NCBI GenBank assembly: GCA_018263575.1
Contig: JAANWX010000057.1
Span: 1 to 49,132, forward strand
Reading direction: 5' to 3'
DNA from: Chloroflexota bacterium
Lineage (GTDB): Bacteria > Chloroflexota > Anaerolineae > Anaerolineales > UBA11858
Length of the DNA: 49,132 nt
This document shows positions 1 to 8,068 of this stretch, piece after piece. The notes beneath the pieces were generated by a model that made no database searches, was not told where the DNA came from, and was given only the letters and a program-made list of their open reading frames with translations. Both the position numbers and the translations under genes were made by a program. Positions within the stretch are counted from its first letter, which is position 1, and each line of letters starts with the position of its first letter.

Positions 1-60
1 GGTCTCCTGACCGAGCGGTAGAGGGTAGCGCAGCCGTTCGGTGAGGACACCTTCACTATC
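1..60. repeat. Partial copy (cut by the window edge) of a dispersed palindromic repeat family with GGTCTCCTGACC and GACACCTTCACTATC modules
   Basis: ggtctcctgacc (1-12) recurs at 1463-1474 and inverted at 20857-20867. gacaccttcactatc (46-60) recurs at 4974-4988 and 5003-5017, and inverted at 39080-39094. Confidence 0.6.
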
Positions 61-142
61 CCGAGGAGTCAGCAGGCTAAATGCGATTGCCCTAGCATCT
101 CCCCGACTCTGCGTTAAGTATTTTGGAGGAATATGATAAAAT

Positions 143-195
143 CTCACCCATAAACTCATCACCCCTTCACCTCACCACCCCACCACCTCACCCCC
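143..195. repeat. Degenerate CTCATCA/CCTCACC short-unit array directly upstream of the first CDS
   Basis: ctcacccataaactcatcaccccttcacctcaccaccccaccacctcaccccc. The same kind of array sits upstream of the starts at 1689 and 20940. Confidence 0.6.
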
Positions 196-208
196 GGAGC
201 AAACACCT

Positions 209-1363
209 ATGCCGAAAACCCATCCCAAAATCGACACCAAACTCATCCACGCCGGAGAACCGCAGCCGCGCATTCAAGTCTCAGTGAGTTTGCCCGTCTT
301 CCAGACCTCCACTTTCCTCTACGCCAGCACGCCCGGCGCGGATGACGTGCGCTACGGACGCTGGAACAATACGCCCAACCACATCGCCCTCCACGAAAAA
401 CTGGCCGCCATTGAAAATGCCGAGGATGCCCTCGTTTCCGCGAGCGGGATGGCCACCATCTCCACCACGCTACTGACTCTGCTTTCTACGGGGGATCATC
501 TCCTGGCCCAGGATAAACTCTACGGTGGCACACACCAATTTTTTACTCAAGATTTACCGGCTTTAGGAATCGAGATGGATTTCATCTCCGGGGTTGACCC
601 CGACTCCTGGGAGGAGCAACTCCGCCCTTCCACAAAGGTGATCTATGTGGAGGCCATGACCAATCCCACCCTCGAGGTAGCCGATCTAGAGGCCGTGGTC
701 GAGTTTGCCCGCGCTCACAATTTGATCTCGATCATCGACAACACCTTCCCCAGTTCCTTCAACTTCCGGCCCTTGGACTGGGGATTTGATCTCTCCCTTC
801 ACAGCGCGACGAAATACCTCAACGGCCACGCGGACATCATCGCCGGGGTGGTGATGGGACAGGGAGAACTCGTCGAAGAAATCCGCCAAAAACTGAAGAT
901 TCTGGGCGGAACCCTCAACCCGCACGCCTGTTTCCTCCTCTACCGGGGATTGAAAACCCTGGCGGTCAGGATGCGCCACCAAAACCGGAGTGCGCTCCAA
1001 ATTGCCCAATTCCTAGAGGGACATCCGCACATTGCCCGCGTCAACTATCCCGGCCTGACCAACCACCCCCAGCACGACCGAGCGGGTAAACTCTTTGACG
1101 GGTTCAGCGGGATGCTGAGTTTCGAGGTGCGCGGCGGCATAGAAGCGGCGGAGAAGTTCGCCCGTAAAGCTCAATTCCCCATCAATGCCCCCAGCCTGGG
1201 GGGATGCGAAACCCTCCTCACCCGCCCGGCCCAAACCTCCCACGTGGGCGTCCCGCCTCAAAAACGCCGGGAACTGGGCATCCCCGACAATTTGATCCGC
1301 CTCTCGGTAGGGATTGAAGACCCCCAGGATCTGATAGATGATTTTGAGCAAGCGCTGGGGTAA
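209..1363 (+). CDS. PLP-dependent Cys/Met-metabolism enzyme (cystathionine gamma-synthase / beta-lyase / methionine gamma-lyase family)
   Basis: 384-aa ORF with the family-typical N-terminus DTKLIHAGE and PLP-lysine motif SATKYLNGHAD. GGAG lies about 10 nt upstream of the ATG. Confidence 0.85.
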   Translation: MPKTHPKIDTKLIHAGEPQPRIQVSVSLPVFQTSTFLYASTPGADDVRYGRWNNTPNHIALHEKLAAIENAEDALVSASGMATISTTLLTLLSTGDHLLAQDKLYGGTHQFFTQDLPALGIEMDFISGVDPDSWEEQLRPSTKVIYVEAMTNPTLEVADLEAVVEFARAHNLISIIDNTFPSSFNFRPLDWGFDLSLHSATKYLNGHADIIAGVVMGQGELVEEIRQKLKILGGTLNPHACFLLYRGLKTLAVRMRHQNRSALQIAQFLEGHPHIARVNYPGLTNHPQHDRAGKLFDGFSGMLSFEVRGGIEAAEKFARKAQFPINAPSLGGCETLLTRPAQTSHVGVPPQKRRELGIPDNLIRLSVGIEDPQDLIDDFEQALG

Positions 1364-1366
1364 GTT

Positions 1367-1448
1367 GGGAATCAGGCAACCAGGGAAACAGGGGAACAGG
1401 GAACAGGGGAACAGGTATCAGGGGAACAGGTATCAGGTATCAGGTATC
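1367..1448. repeat. Tandem 7-8-nt repeat array (GGGAAYAG / GTATCAG units) starting 4 nt after the stop codon
   Basis: gggaatcaggcaaccagggaaacaggggaacagggaacaggggaacaggtatcaggggaacaggtatcaggtatcaggtatc. Related arrays follow the stops at 4773 and 48954. Confidence 0.85.
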
Positions 1449-1561
1449 TCACGATGTGCGTCGGTCTCCTGACCACGCACAACCCGCTGACCGCAGGTCT
1501 CCCTACCTCACCGCAGCGGAGACCTCCGGTCGGGGAACCGGCGCGGTCGGGAGACCTGCGC
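1449..1561. repeat. GGTCTCC/GGAGACC palindromic dispersed repeat (mosaic element)
   Basis: gaccgcaggtctcc ... ggagacctccggtc forms a long imperfect hairpin. Modules tgaccgcaggtctc and gggagacct recur at 20776-20840, and ggtctcctgacc recurs at 1-12. Confidence 0.75.
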
Positions 1562-1565
1562 CGAT

Positions 1566-1605
1566 CTCCCCTCTACCCCTGGGAGAGGGGCCGGGGGTGA
1601 GGGCC
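1566..1605. repeat. GC-rich hairpin repeat (the type that translates as GEGxGVR)
   Basis: ctcccctctacccctgggagaggggccgggggtgagggcc. An inverted relative lies at 11634-11684 (ggccctcaccccctcccctcggcagaggg). Confidence 0.7.
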
Positions 1606-1621
1606 CCGGCGAACTAACACT

Positions 1622-1683
1622 CTCACTTTTACTCATTACTCATTACTCTTCACTCATCACTTATCACCTCATCACTCATCATT
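1622..1683. repeat. CTCATCA-type heptamer array abutting the next start codon
   Basis: ctcacttttactcattactcattactcttcactcatcacttatcacctcatcactcatca. Confidence 0.8.
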
Positions 1684-1688
1684 CCCCT

Positions 1689-2621
1689 ATGAAATCTCTC
1701 AGACCCATCCTCCTCCCCCTCCTACTCCTCTCCACCTTGGCCTGCAACCTGAGCCGATTCGCGCCTCCCACCGCGACCCCGCTCCCTACCCAGACCTCGG
1801 CCGCTCCCTTCGACGCAGAAAAGCTGGGCAGCACCCTCACCGACATCACCTTCTGCACCGCGGACGGACAATCCCTGCTAATGGACATGTACTACCCCGA
1901 GCAAGCCCAGGGTCCCCTCCCGGTCACGGTCTATGTGCACGGCGGGGCCTGGAGGATGGGTGATAAATCCAGCGGAGCAGGGTATCGCTTTGTTGAACCT
2001 TTGCGAAGACAAGGATACCTGGTGGTAACCATTAATTACCGCCTTTCTCCGGATTACAAATTCCCGGCCCACATCGAAGACGTGAAGTGCGCCATCCGCC
2101 ACCTGCGGGCCAACGCCGAAAGCTACGGTCTCGACCCGGAACGGGTCGGCGCCTTTGGGGGCAGCGCGGGCGGCCACTTGGTCGCCCTTCTGGGAACCAG
2201 CGATGAAAACGCCAACCTGGAAGGCACAGGGGACTATCGCGAATATTCCAGCCGCGTCCAGGCCGTAGTGGATATGTTCGGGCCTATCTACCAATCCTTT
2301 CTTTGTAATCCTCAAATTATCTATAATGTTTTTGGGACCTGGGATTGCCAAGCCGAGATCATCTCCATCGCCAACCCTGGTAACTCTATCACCCCCGACG
2401 ATCCACCGTTTTTGATTTTGCACGGCGAGTATGACGATGTGGTGCCCGTCAACCAATCGGAGATCCTGCACAGCCTCCTCACATCCGCCGGTGTGCCCTC
2501 TGAGCTGATCATAATACAGAACGCTGGGCACGCATTCGAAAGTGTGTGGGGCGCACCCGATCCCAGCATCACGGCTTTGAAAAAAATTGTCCTAGACTTT
2601 TTTGACCAACACCTAAAATAA
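1689..2621 (+). CDS. Secreted or lipoprotein alpha/beta-hydrolase (esterase/lipase, HGGxW type)
   Basis: Signal/lipobox LLLLSTLAC, oxyanion motif HGGAW, and nucleophile elbow GGSAGG (GxSxG). Confidence 0.8.
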   Translation: MKSLRPILLPLLLLSTLACNLSRFAPPTATPLPTQTSAAPFDAEKLGSTLTDITFCTADGQSLLMDMYYPEQAQGPLPVTVYVHGGAWRMGDKSSGAGYRFVEPLRRQGYLVVTINYRLSPDYKFPAHIEDVKCAIRHLRANAESYGLDPERVGAFGGSAGGHLVALLGTSDENANLEGTGDYREYSSRVQAVVDMFGPIYQSFLCNPQIIYNVFGTWDCQAEIISIANPGNSITPDDPPFLILHGEYDDVVPVNQSEILHSLLTSAGVPSELIIIQNAGHAFESVWGAPDPSITALKKIVLDFFDQHLK

Positions 2622-2631
2622 GGAGAGCCGC

Positions 2632-4773
2632 TTGAAACGCCGAAATCTACTTTTCCTCAGCCTTATAATCTTTTTCATGTTCACGTCCGCTTGTTCCTTC
2701 GGGAGGGAAAACACGCCAGCAGAAGCCCCATCCCCACCGCCTGCCAGTGAGGGACGCTGCGGTGACGGGTCCTGCGCCGGGCCGGAGACCTCCCAATCCT
2801 GCCCGGAAGACTGCCCCGAAACCGAGGACGCCTCGGAGCCCATCATCCCCCCGACCGACCTCCCGGCCTCTGTCTTCGTCGTACACTGCGAACCGACCAA
2901 CGCGAACCAACACATGTGGATTAAGCTCGTTGAGTTGGTCGATCTCGCCGATTCTTATCATGTGCCTCTCTCCATTGATTTCCCCGCCCAATGGGCCGAG
3001 ATGGTCTTGGACGATCATTTCAAGCAAAAGGTGGTCGAAGGCTGGCTGGAAAATGGGCACGAGATCGGCGGTCATCACCACGCTTACTGGGCCACCAAAG
3101 AGCGCTCATCCACCTGGGATGGCTATACGAATACCCCCAAAAAAGAAATAGACCCAAAAGACCAGAAGAACTACCTGGGCACGATGGACGACTACATGGA
3201 ACTTCTTAACGCCCTGCCGGGGGAGAGAACCTCAGGGGCGATGGGGACTACCGGGTCCCCTCAAGACAAACAAGACTGGCCCTGCCAACTCCTCTACGGG
3301 ACAACGGGCTACGCGCTCGAAGATGCTGTCAGCCAACCCCAGGAAACCACGATTGGCAATTGCCGGATCACGCAAATTGGGCACACTTTAATTGTGCCTC
3401 AAGAGGGCGGTGCCCTAGCAGAGTTATACGCCAATACTGCTCCCGGATCCATCTTCGGCGTCGTCGGCCATGTCTTTAATTATGATGAGTTCCCAACCGC
3501 CTTCGAGGAATGGTTCAAGTTCCTGCACGAGCAGGATCCGAGCGGAGAACGCCGCTCCACGGTGACGGCATTGTTGGAGGATTGGGATGCAAATGCCTCA
3601 GATACAGGCTTAGACAAATGGAGTTTGTGGGTGGACGGCCCTCATTTGCGCGGGGCCAACATTTACCAACGGCGAGTCTATCCCGAATTGGACGGGCCGG
3701 AGTTCATGGGCCCGGGCCCCCTTGGCCCGCCCTACACGCAGGAGGATTTCGACAAGTTAGCTTCCTGGGGCGCCAATTACGTCAACATCTCCCACCCAGG
3801 TATCTTCAGCGAAGAAACGCCCTACACCCTGGATGAAGAAGTACAGGCTAACTTGGATGAACTTTTGGGGATGATAGAAAAAGCCGACATGTTCGCCGTG
3901 ATCAGCTTCCGCACAGGGCCGGGACGGAGCGAGTTTGGCGTGTGCTGCTTAGAAGACGCCGGGGATTGGTACGACGAAAGCTACCTCAACGATGAGGTGT
4001 GGCGTGATGAAGACGCTCAGATAGCTTGGACTGAGATGTGGTACTACACGGCAGAACGCTACCGCGATAACAAGATTGTAGTAGGCTACGACTTGATGGT
4101 AGAACCGAACAGCAACGAAATCTGGCTGGACGAGTGGGATCATGATGTGTTCTATGAGCAACACGGCGGCACACTCTACGATTGGAATCAACTTTTCCCG
4201 CGCATCACGCAAGCCATCCGGGAGGCGGACACCGAGACTCCAATACTTATTGGCGGCATGGGCTACAGCGCCGCGGATTGGATGCCGTACCTGGAACCCA
4301 CCGGGGATCCGCGCACGGTTTATACGGCGCACCAATACGCCCCCCACAACTATACGCATCAAGGGTTCTTCGGGGAACACGCCTACCCGGGAATGTTGGA
4401 CACTGACTGGGATGGAGAAGAAGAGACCTTCGACCAGGATTGGCTGGAGGACGAGGTCTTCGCCGTTTTGGGTGAATTTGCCACCCAGCACCAGGCTCCC
4501 GTGGCCGTGAACGAGTTCGGCGTGGTGCGCTGGGTACCTGGAGGCGCGGAGTTCGTGGCCGACCAGATGGCGCTCTTCGAGGAGCAGGGAATCAACTACG
4601 CCCTCTGGCAATGGGAATCCTCCTGGCCGCCCATCCAAGAGGAGATCGACGCCTTCAACTTCCGCCACGGGCCGGACCCCTACCACCACGAGGACGTCGC
4701 TAGCAGTGATTTGATTGAGGTCATCAAAGGGTATTGGGGGTTGAATACGGTGCGGCCATCGGGGGGAAATTAG
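2632..4773 (+). CDS. Secreted lipoprotein: N-terminal deacetylase-like domain plus C-terminal clan GH-A (GH5-like) glycoside hydrolase
   Basis: TTG start with AAGGAGA 5 nt upstream and lipobox FMFTSAC. The C-terminal half has YDLMVEPN (acid/base region) and VNEFGV (nucleophile region), both typical of GH5-like enzymes. Confidence 0.7.
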   Translation: MKRRNLLFLSLIIFFMFTSACSFGRENTPAEAPSPPPASEGRCGDGSCAGPETSQSCPEDCPETEDASEPIIPPTDLPASVFVVHCEPTNANQHMWIKLVELVDLADSYHVPLSIDFPAQWAEMVLDDHFKQKVVEGWLENGHEIGGHHHAYWATKERSSTWDGYTNTPKKEIDPKDQKNYLGTMDDYMELLNALPGERTSGAMGTTGSPQDKQDWPCQLLYGTTGYALEDAVSQPQETTIGNCRITQIGHTLIVPQEGGALAELYANTAPGSIFGVVGHVFNYDEFPTAFEEWFKFLHEQDPSGERRSTVTALLEDWDANASDTGLDKWSLWVDGPHLRGANIYQRRVYPELDGPEFMGPGPLGPPYTQEDFDKLASWGANYVNISHPGIFSEETPYTLDEEVQANLDELLGMIEKADMFAVISFRTGPGRSEFGVCCLEDAGDWYDESYLNDEVWRDEDAQIAWTEMWYYTAERYRDNKIVVGYDLMVEPNSNEIWLDEWDHDVFYEQHGGTLYDWNQLFPRITQAIREADTETPILIGGMGYSAADWMPYLEPTGDPRTVYTAHQYAPHNYTHQGFFGEHAYPGMLDTDWDGEEETFDQDWLEDEVFAVLGEFATQHQAPVAVNEFGVVRWVPGGAEFVADQMALFEEQGINYALWQWESSWPPIQEEIDAFNFRHGPDPYHHEDVASSDLIEVIKGYWGLNTVRPSGGN

Positions 4774-4820
4774 GTATTGGGTATTGGGTATTGGATATTG
4801 GGATCAGGGAACAGGGAATC
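4774..4820. repeat. GGTATTG heptamer array plus GGGAAYAG units directly after the stop codon
   Basis: ggtattgggtattgggtattggatattgggatcagggaacagggaatc. Confidence 0.85.
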
Positions 4821-4945
4821 GTAGGGCAGGTTTCTTACCTGCCGGAGAAGTGAATGGCGAAGTGAAAGTAGGGCAGGTTTCTTACCTGCCGGGGGATACA
4901 AATGACGAGGTGAAAGTAGGGCAGGTTTCTTACCTGCCGGGGGAA
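4821..4945. repeat. Three tandem ~47-48-bp units, each carrying a GGCAGGT-TTCTT-ACCTGCC hairpin
   Basis: gtagggcaggtttcttacctgccgg occurs at 4821, 4868 and 4916. The array lies between convergent genes and is a likely bidirectional terminator or REP-like element. Confidence 0.85.
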
Positions 4946-5030
4946 CTCCAGACCAAGCGGCATCGTTCGGTGGGACACATTCACTATCATGTTTCTCAGT
5001 GGGACACCTTCACTGTCATGTTTTAACTCC

Positions 5031-6737
5031 TCACTTTTTCCGGCGGCGTGAAAAGACCACGCCGGCCAGAGCCATCGTTCCCAGGCCGAGGGCCATGGAG
5101 CCGGGACACAGGCTAGGGCCACCTCCACTTTCGGGTTCCGGTTGGGACTCGCTCTCCCCGGCCAGGGCAGGCTCACGCTCCCCTACCGCTTCCTCACCGG
5201 AAGATTCTTCTTCTGGCGCGGCATCCCCCAGGAGCTGGAAATCGTCGATCCACACCGTGCCAGTCTGGGTCTCTCCAGTGCCGGTGCCGATCCCAAAGCT
5301 GAATCCGTTCACCTGGGCGGGATCCACAGGGTAACCGGCGTTCTCCTCCCATTCCACGCGGCGGATCTGATCCCACGACAACTCGACGTAAACCCAGCTA
5401 TCCACGCTCTCGGCGGTGGTCTCCACGGGGTAATAGTAACTCGTGCGAGCGTCCGATGTGCCGCCATGGGCATCGACATTAAAGACCAACCCCGAAGCAC
5501 TGGCCCGGTAGTAGAAGGCAATCCCATTCGTCCCTGCATAACCGCCCTCCCCGGTAAAGAAGCGCGAACAAGTCCCCCAACTTTCGGGCGCGATCTCAAA
5601 ATCGAGGCGCAGAGAAAGATCGCCGTCATGAGCTTCGTTGCCATCAGCAGTACAAGAGAAGGTGGTAGGAGCGGCCTCGTCCCAGAAAGCCTCCCATGCA
5701 TCCATGCCGGACTCAAAATCATCGATCACGCCGCCGGGGGCAAAGGCAGAGGGCGCTTCCGCTGGGGGCTGGGATTCTTCCTCCTCTTCCGCAGGGGGTG
5801 CCTCCTCTTCCTCTTCGACTGCCTCAGGAGTCTGGCCACTTTCCGGTTCTGGGGGTGACCCCGGGGCCTCGGCAATCCAGCGGTTGTAGAAAATGTTCAG
5901 CATGGGCACAAACTCCGCCGTGGCTTTTTGATTCCCTTCCTCACGGGGATGGTTGTCGCCGCTGCTGTCGTAGTAGAGCGTGCCATCCCCATGGCCGGTG
6001 ACATATTCGAGAGCGCCGTCCCGTTAGCGGTGGTGGTTGTCGGGATGAGTGAGAACGTGGTGGAAATCCCACACGGCGACATTGTTGAGGGAGTACCCAT
6101 TCTCGGCCAACCAATCCCTGACCAGCCACTCGCTGAAGGCCCGGGCGTTTTGGGCGTAGGTGGGATCCAGGACAGGGGGCGGGGTAATGACCACAAAGAG
6201 CTTATCGGGGCGGGTACGGAAATAGGTCAGGAGTTGGTTGTAGACGTATTTAGCGCCGCCTACCGAATAGCCGGGGCTGGAAGCGGGGGGATCGGTGGGG
6301 TTGCCTTCCAGGTTGGAGTTGGGAAAGCAGGATTTGAAGATGATGATCCGGTTTTCTCCACCCGCGTCGGAGATAGTTCTAGTGTAAGAGGAATTTTGGC
6401 CGCTTTCGTTATAGAGGGCATCCATGTAGCGCCCGCTTTCCGGGCCGGTGAACCACTGCGGCCAATTGACAATGTCGGTAGCGTCTCCAATGGAGTCTGG
6501 CCCCCAGCCGTAGTTCGTGTCACTGACAAAGTAGTTATTTTCTGAGAGCATGCGGCCTAAATCGCCGTCCCCATCCGTGAGCCAGTTTTCCCCAACCGAG
6601 TGGTGGATGAAGATCAATTTTACAGGTTCGGCGGGGGGATTAGGGTTCTCATCTTGGGCGTGTGAGGGAGAGAAAAGCAAAAGACTAAAAAGAAGGGTAA
6701 GAGCAATTACGAAGAGAGGGTAATTTTTCTGCCTCAT
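5031..6737 (-). pseudogene. Secreted two-domain protein (N-terminal hydrolase-like domain, acidic linker, CBM11/CIA30-like domain, C-terminal hydrophobic anchor plus RRRKK) interrupted by a single in-frame TAA
   Basis: ORFs 6024..6737 and 5031..5909 are in the same frame. My translation across the gap is open except for TAA at 6024-6026 (...DNHHR*RDGALEYVTGHGDGTLYYDSSGDNHPREEGNQKATAEFVPMLNIF...). A signal peptide is present at the N-terminus. Confidence 0.7.
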
Positions 6738-6801
6738 GGGCTTCCTCCTGGGGTATGCGTGTAGGGTATCTAAACTATAACATAAAATCCCTTAGAAGGT
6801 A

Positions 6802-6896
6802 GATGTGCATTGCACCTGCTTTTAGGTGCGTTGCACATCGGGTTAGCTCACGCCCGACCTGCAACGCACTTGAAAAACATAAGTGCAATGCAGGTC
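6802..6896. repeat. Two tandem 16-bp-stem hairpins of the GTGCAWTGCAC family in a divergent intergenic region
   Basis: gatgtgcattgcacct/aggtgcgttgcacatc (6802-6839) and gacctgcaacgcactt/aagtgcaatgcaggtc (6856-6896). Related motifs occur at 34262-34420. Confidence 0.75.
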
Positions 6897-6970
6897 TTGG
6901 AGCAGACGCCCTTGCCGCAAGGAGGACATTGGCTATAATGAGCAAGGTTTAAAACAAACAAGGAGATTGC

Positions 6971-7867
6971 ATGAATTTCATCGGAGAACTGGCCGCTTTA
7001 GGGACCGCCCTGGCTTTCGCCATCAATTCCGGTTTGTTCACCAGCGCGGGACGGCGGGTGGGGTCGATGGTGGTCAATCGGGTGCGGTTGATTTTTGCGG
7101 CCGGCTTTGTCACCCTGGCCCATTGGCTCGTAGTGGGGACGTTCGGCCCCTGGGAGGCGGAACCAGAGCGCTGGCTGTGGCTGGGTCTCTCCGGGTTGGC
7201 GGGCTTTGTGTGGGGGGATATTTTCCTCTTCCAGGCTTTCGTGTGGGTGGGAGCGCGGCTCTCGATGTTGATGATGAGCCTGGCCCCAGTGATTGCCGCT
7301 CTGGTAGCTTGGGTATTTTTGGGAGAAGCCCTGACGTCCTGGCAAGTCCTGGGAATGGGCCTCACCCTGGGCGGGGTGGCGTGGGTGATCTGGGAGGGCA
7401 ACCACCGCCAAAAGGTGAACAATAAGAATTACGGGCGGGGGATTCTCTTCGGGTTGGCGGGGGCGACCGGTCAGGCGCTGGGAGTCGTCCTGGCCAAGAA
7501 CGGGATGGCGGGGGATTTCTCCCCTCTCTCCGGAAACTTCATGCGCCTGATGACGGCCCTGGTGGTGATGTGGGCCGATGCCCTTGTGAGGGGAGAAGCG
7601 AGAAGCACCCTCCGAGGATTGGTCGGGGAATCCAAAGCCTTGGGGGCCATTGGGGGAGGCGCGTTCATCGGCCCTTTCTTGGGCGTGTCCCTTTCCCTGT
7701 TTGCCCTCCAACACGCGCCGGTGGGCGTGGTGAGCACCCTCACGGCGCTTTCGCCCATTTTTCTTTTACCTATCGGGTATTTCTACTTCAAAGAACGCTT
7801 TGGGTGGGGCGCGGTGGCGGGGACGGTGATGGCCATGACCGGGGTGGGGGTGCTGTTTTTGGTATGA
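6971..7867 (+). CDS. EamA/DMT-family transporter
   Basis: 298 aa with about 10 hydrophobic segments and a duplicated EamA-like architecture. AAGGAG lies upstream of the ATG. Confidence 0.8.
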   Translation: MNFIGELAALGTALAFAINSGLFTSAGRRVGSMVVNRVRLIFAAGFVTLAHWLVVGTFGPWEAEPERWLWLGLSGLAGFVWGDIFLFQAFVWVGARLSMLMMSLAPVIAALVAWVFLGEALTSWQVLGMGLTLGGVAWVIWEGNHRQKVNNKNYGRGILFGLAGATGQALGVVLAKNGMAGDFSPLSGNFMRLMTALVVMWADALVRGEARSTLRGLVGESKALGAIGGGAFIGPFLGVSLSLFALQHAPVGVVSTLTALSPIFLLPIGYFYFKERFGWGAVAGTVMAMTGVGVLFLV

Positions 7868-7940
7868 GAGGGATTGGCATTTTTGTACACGGATGGCACG
7901 GTGTACGCGGAAAATGAGCAGGGGGGTTTTGTTATTTTTA

Positions 7941-7949
7941 TGCTATAAT
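7941..7949 (+). promoter_or_regulatory. Candidate extended -10 promoter element (TGcTATAAT)
   Basis: tgctataat lies about 120 nt upstream of the methyltransferase start. There is no good -35. Confidence 0.3.
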
Positions 7950-8068
7950 GTGGCGCTTAGAGGGTGACCTACATCCCACCCATTGTCACCCTGTAGAAGC
8001 GAGATTTAGAAATCTCGGCTACTTCTCTGCCTTTTTAAAAAAAAGATACGATCAAAGGAATCACATCC

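Noticed and set aside
3949-4689. Long antisense or alternative-frame ORFs inside well-supported genes (for example 3949..4689-, 6998..7714-, 25006..25521-, 27051..27818-, 40972..41643-, 12559..13368+, 5142..5858+)
   Set aside because: These are shadow ORFs typical of GC-biased coding DNA. Their products are low-complexity, Arg/Pro/Gly-rich sequences with no motifs, and each fully overlaps a gene with clear family signatures.
4821-4945. Three evenly spaced 25-nt direct repeats with a hairpin, which superficially resemble a mini CRISPR array
   Set aside because: The spacers are only ~22 nt and themselves share sequence (…gtgaaa), so the whole 47-48-bp unit is tandemly repeated. No cas genes or leader are present. 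I treat it as a tandem hairpin repeat.
4784-5026. Tracked ORFs lying in repeat-filled spacers (4784..5026+, 34085..34453+, 34309..34728+, 37736..37957-, 32440..32622-, 16453..16656+)
   Set aside because: They translate tandem or dispersed repeats (for example three copies of KVGQVSYLPG), lack RBSs and have no family resemblance.
5907-5909. ATG at 5909 as an independent start for the CBM-domain ORF
   Set aside because: The frame is open and protein-like for 38 codons upstream, up to the single TAA. There is no RBS, so I interpret this as one interrupted gene.
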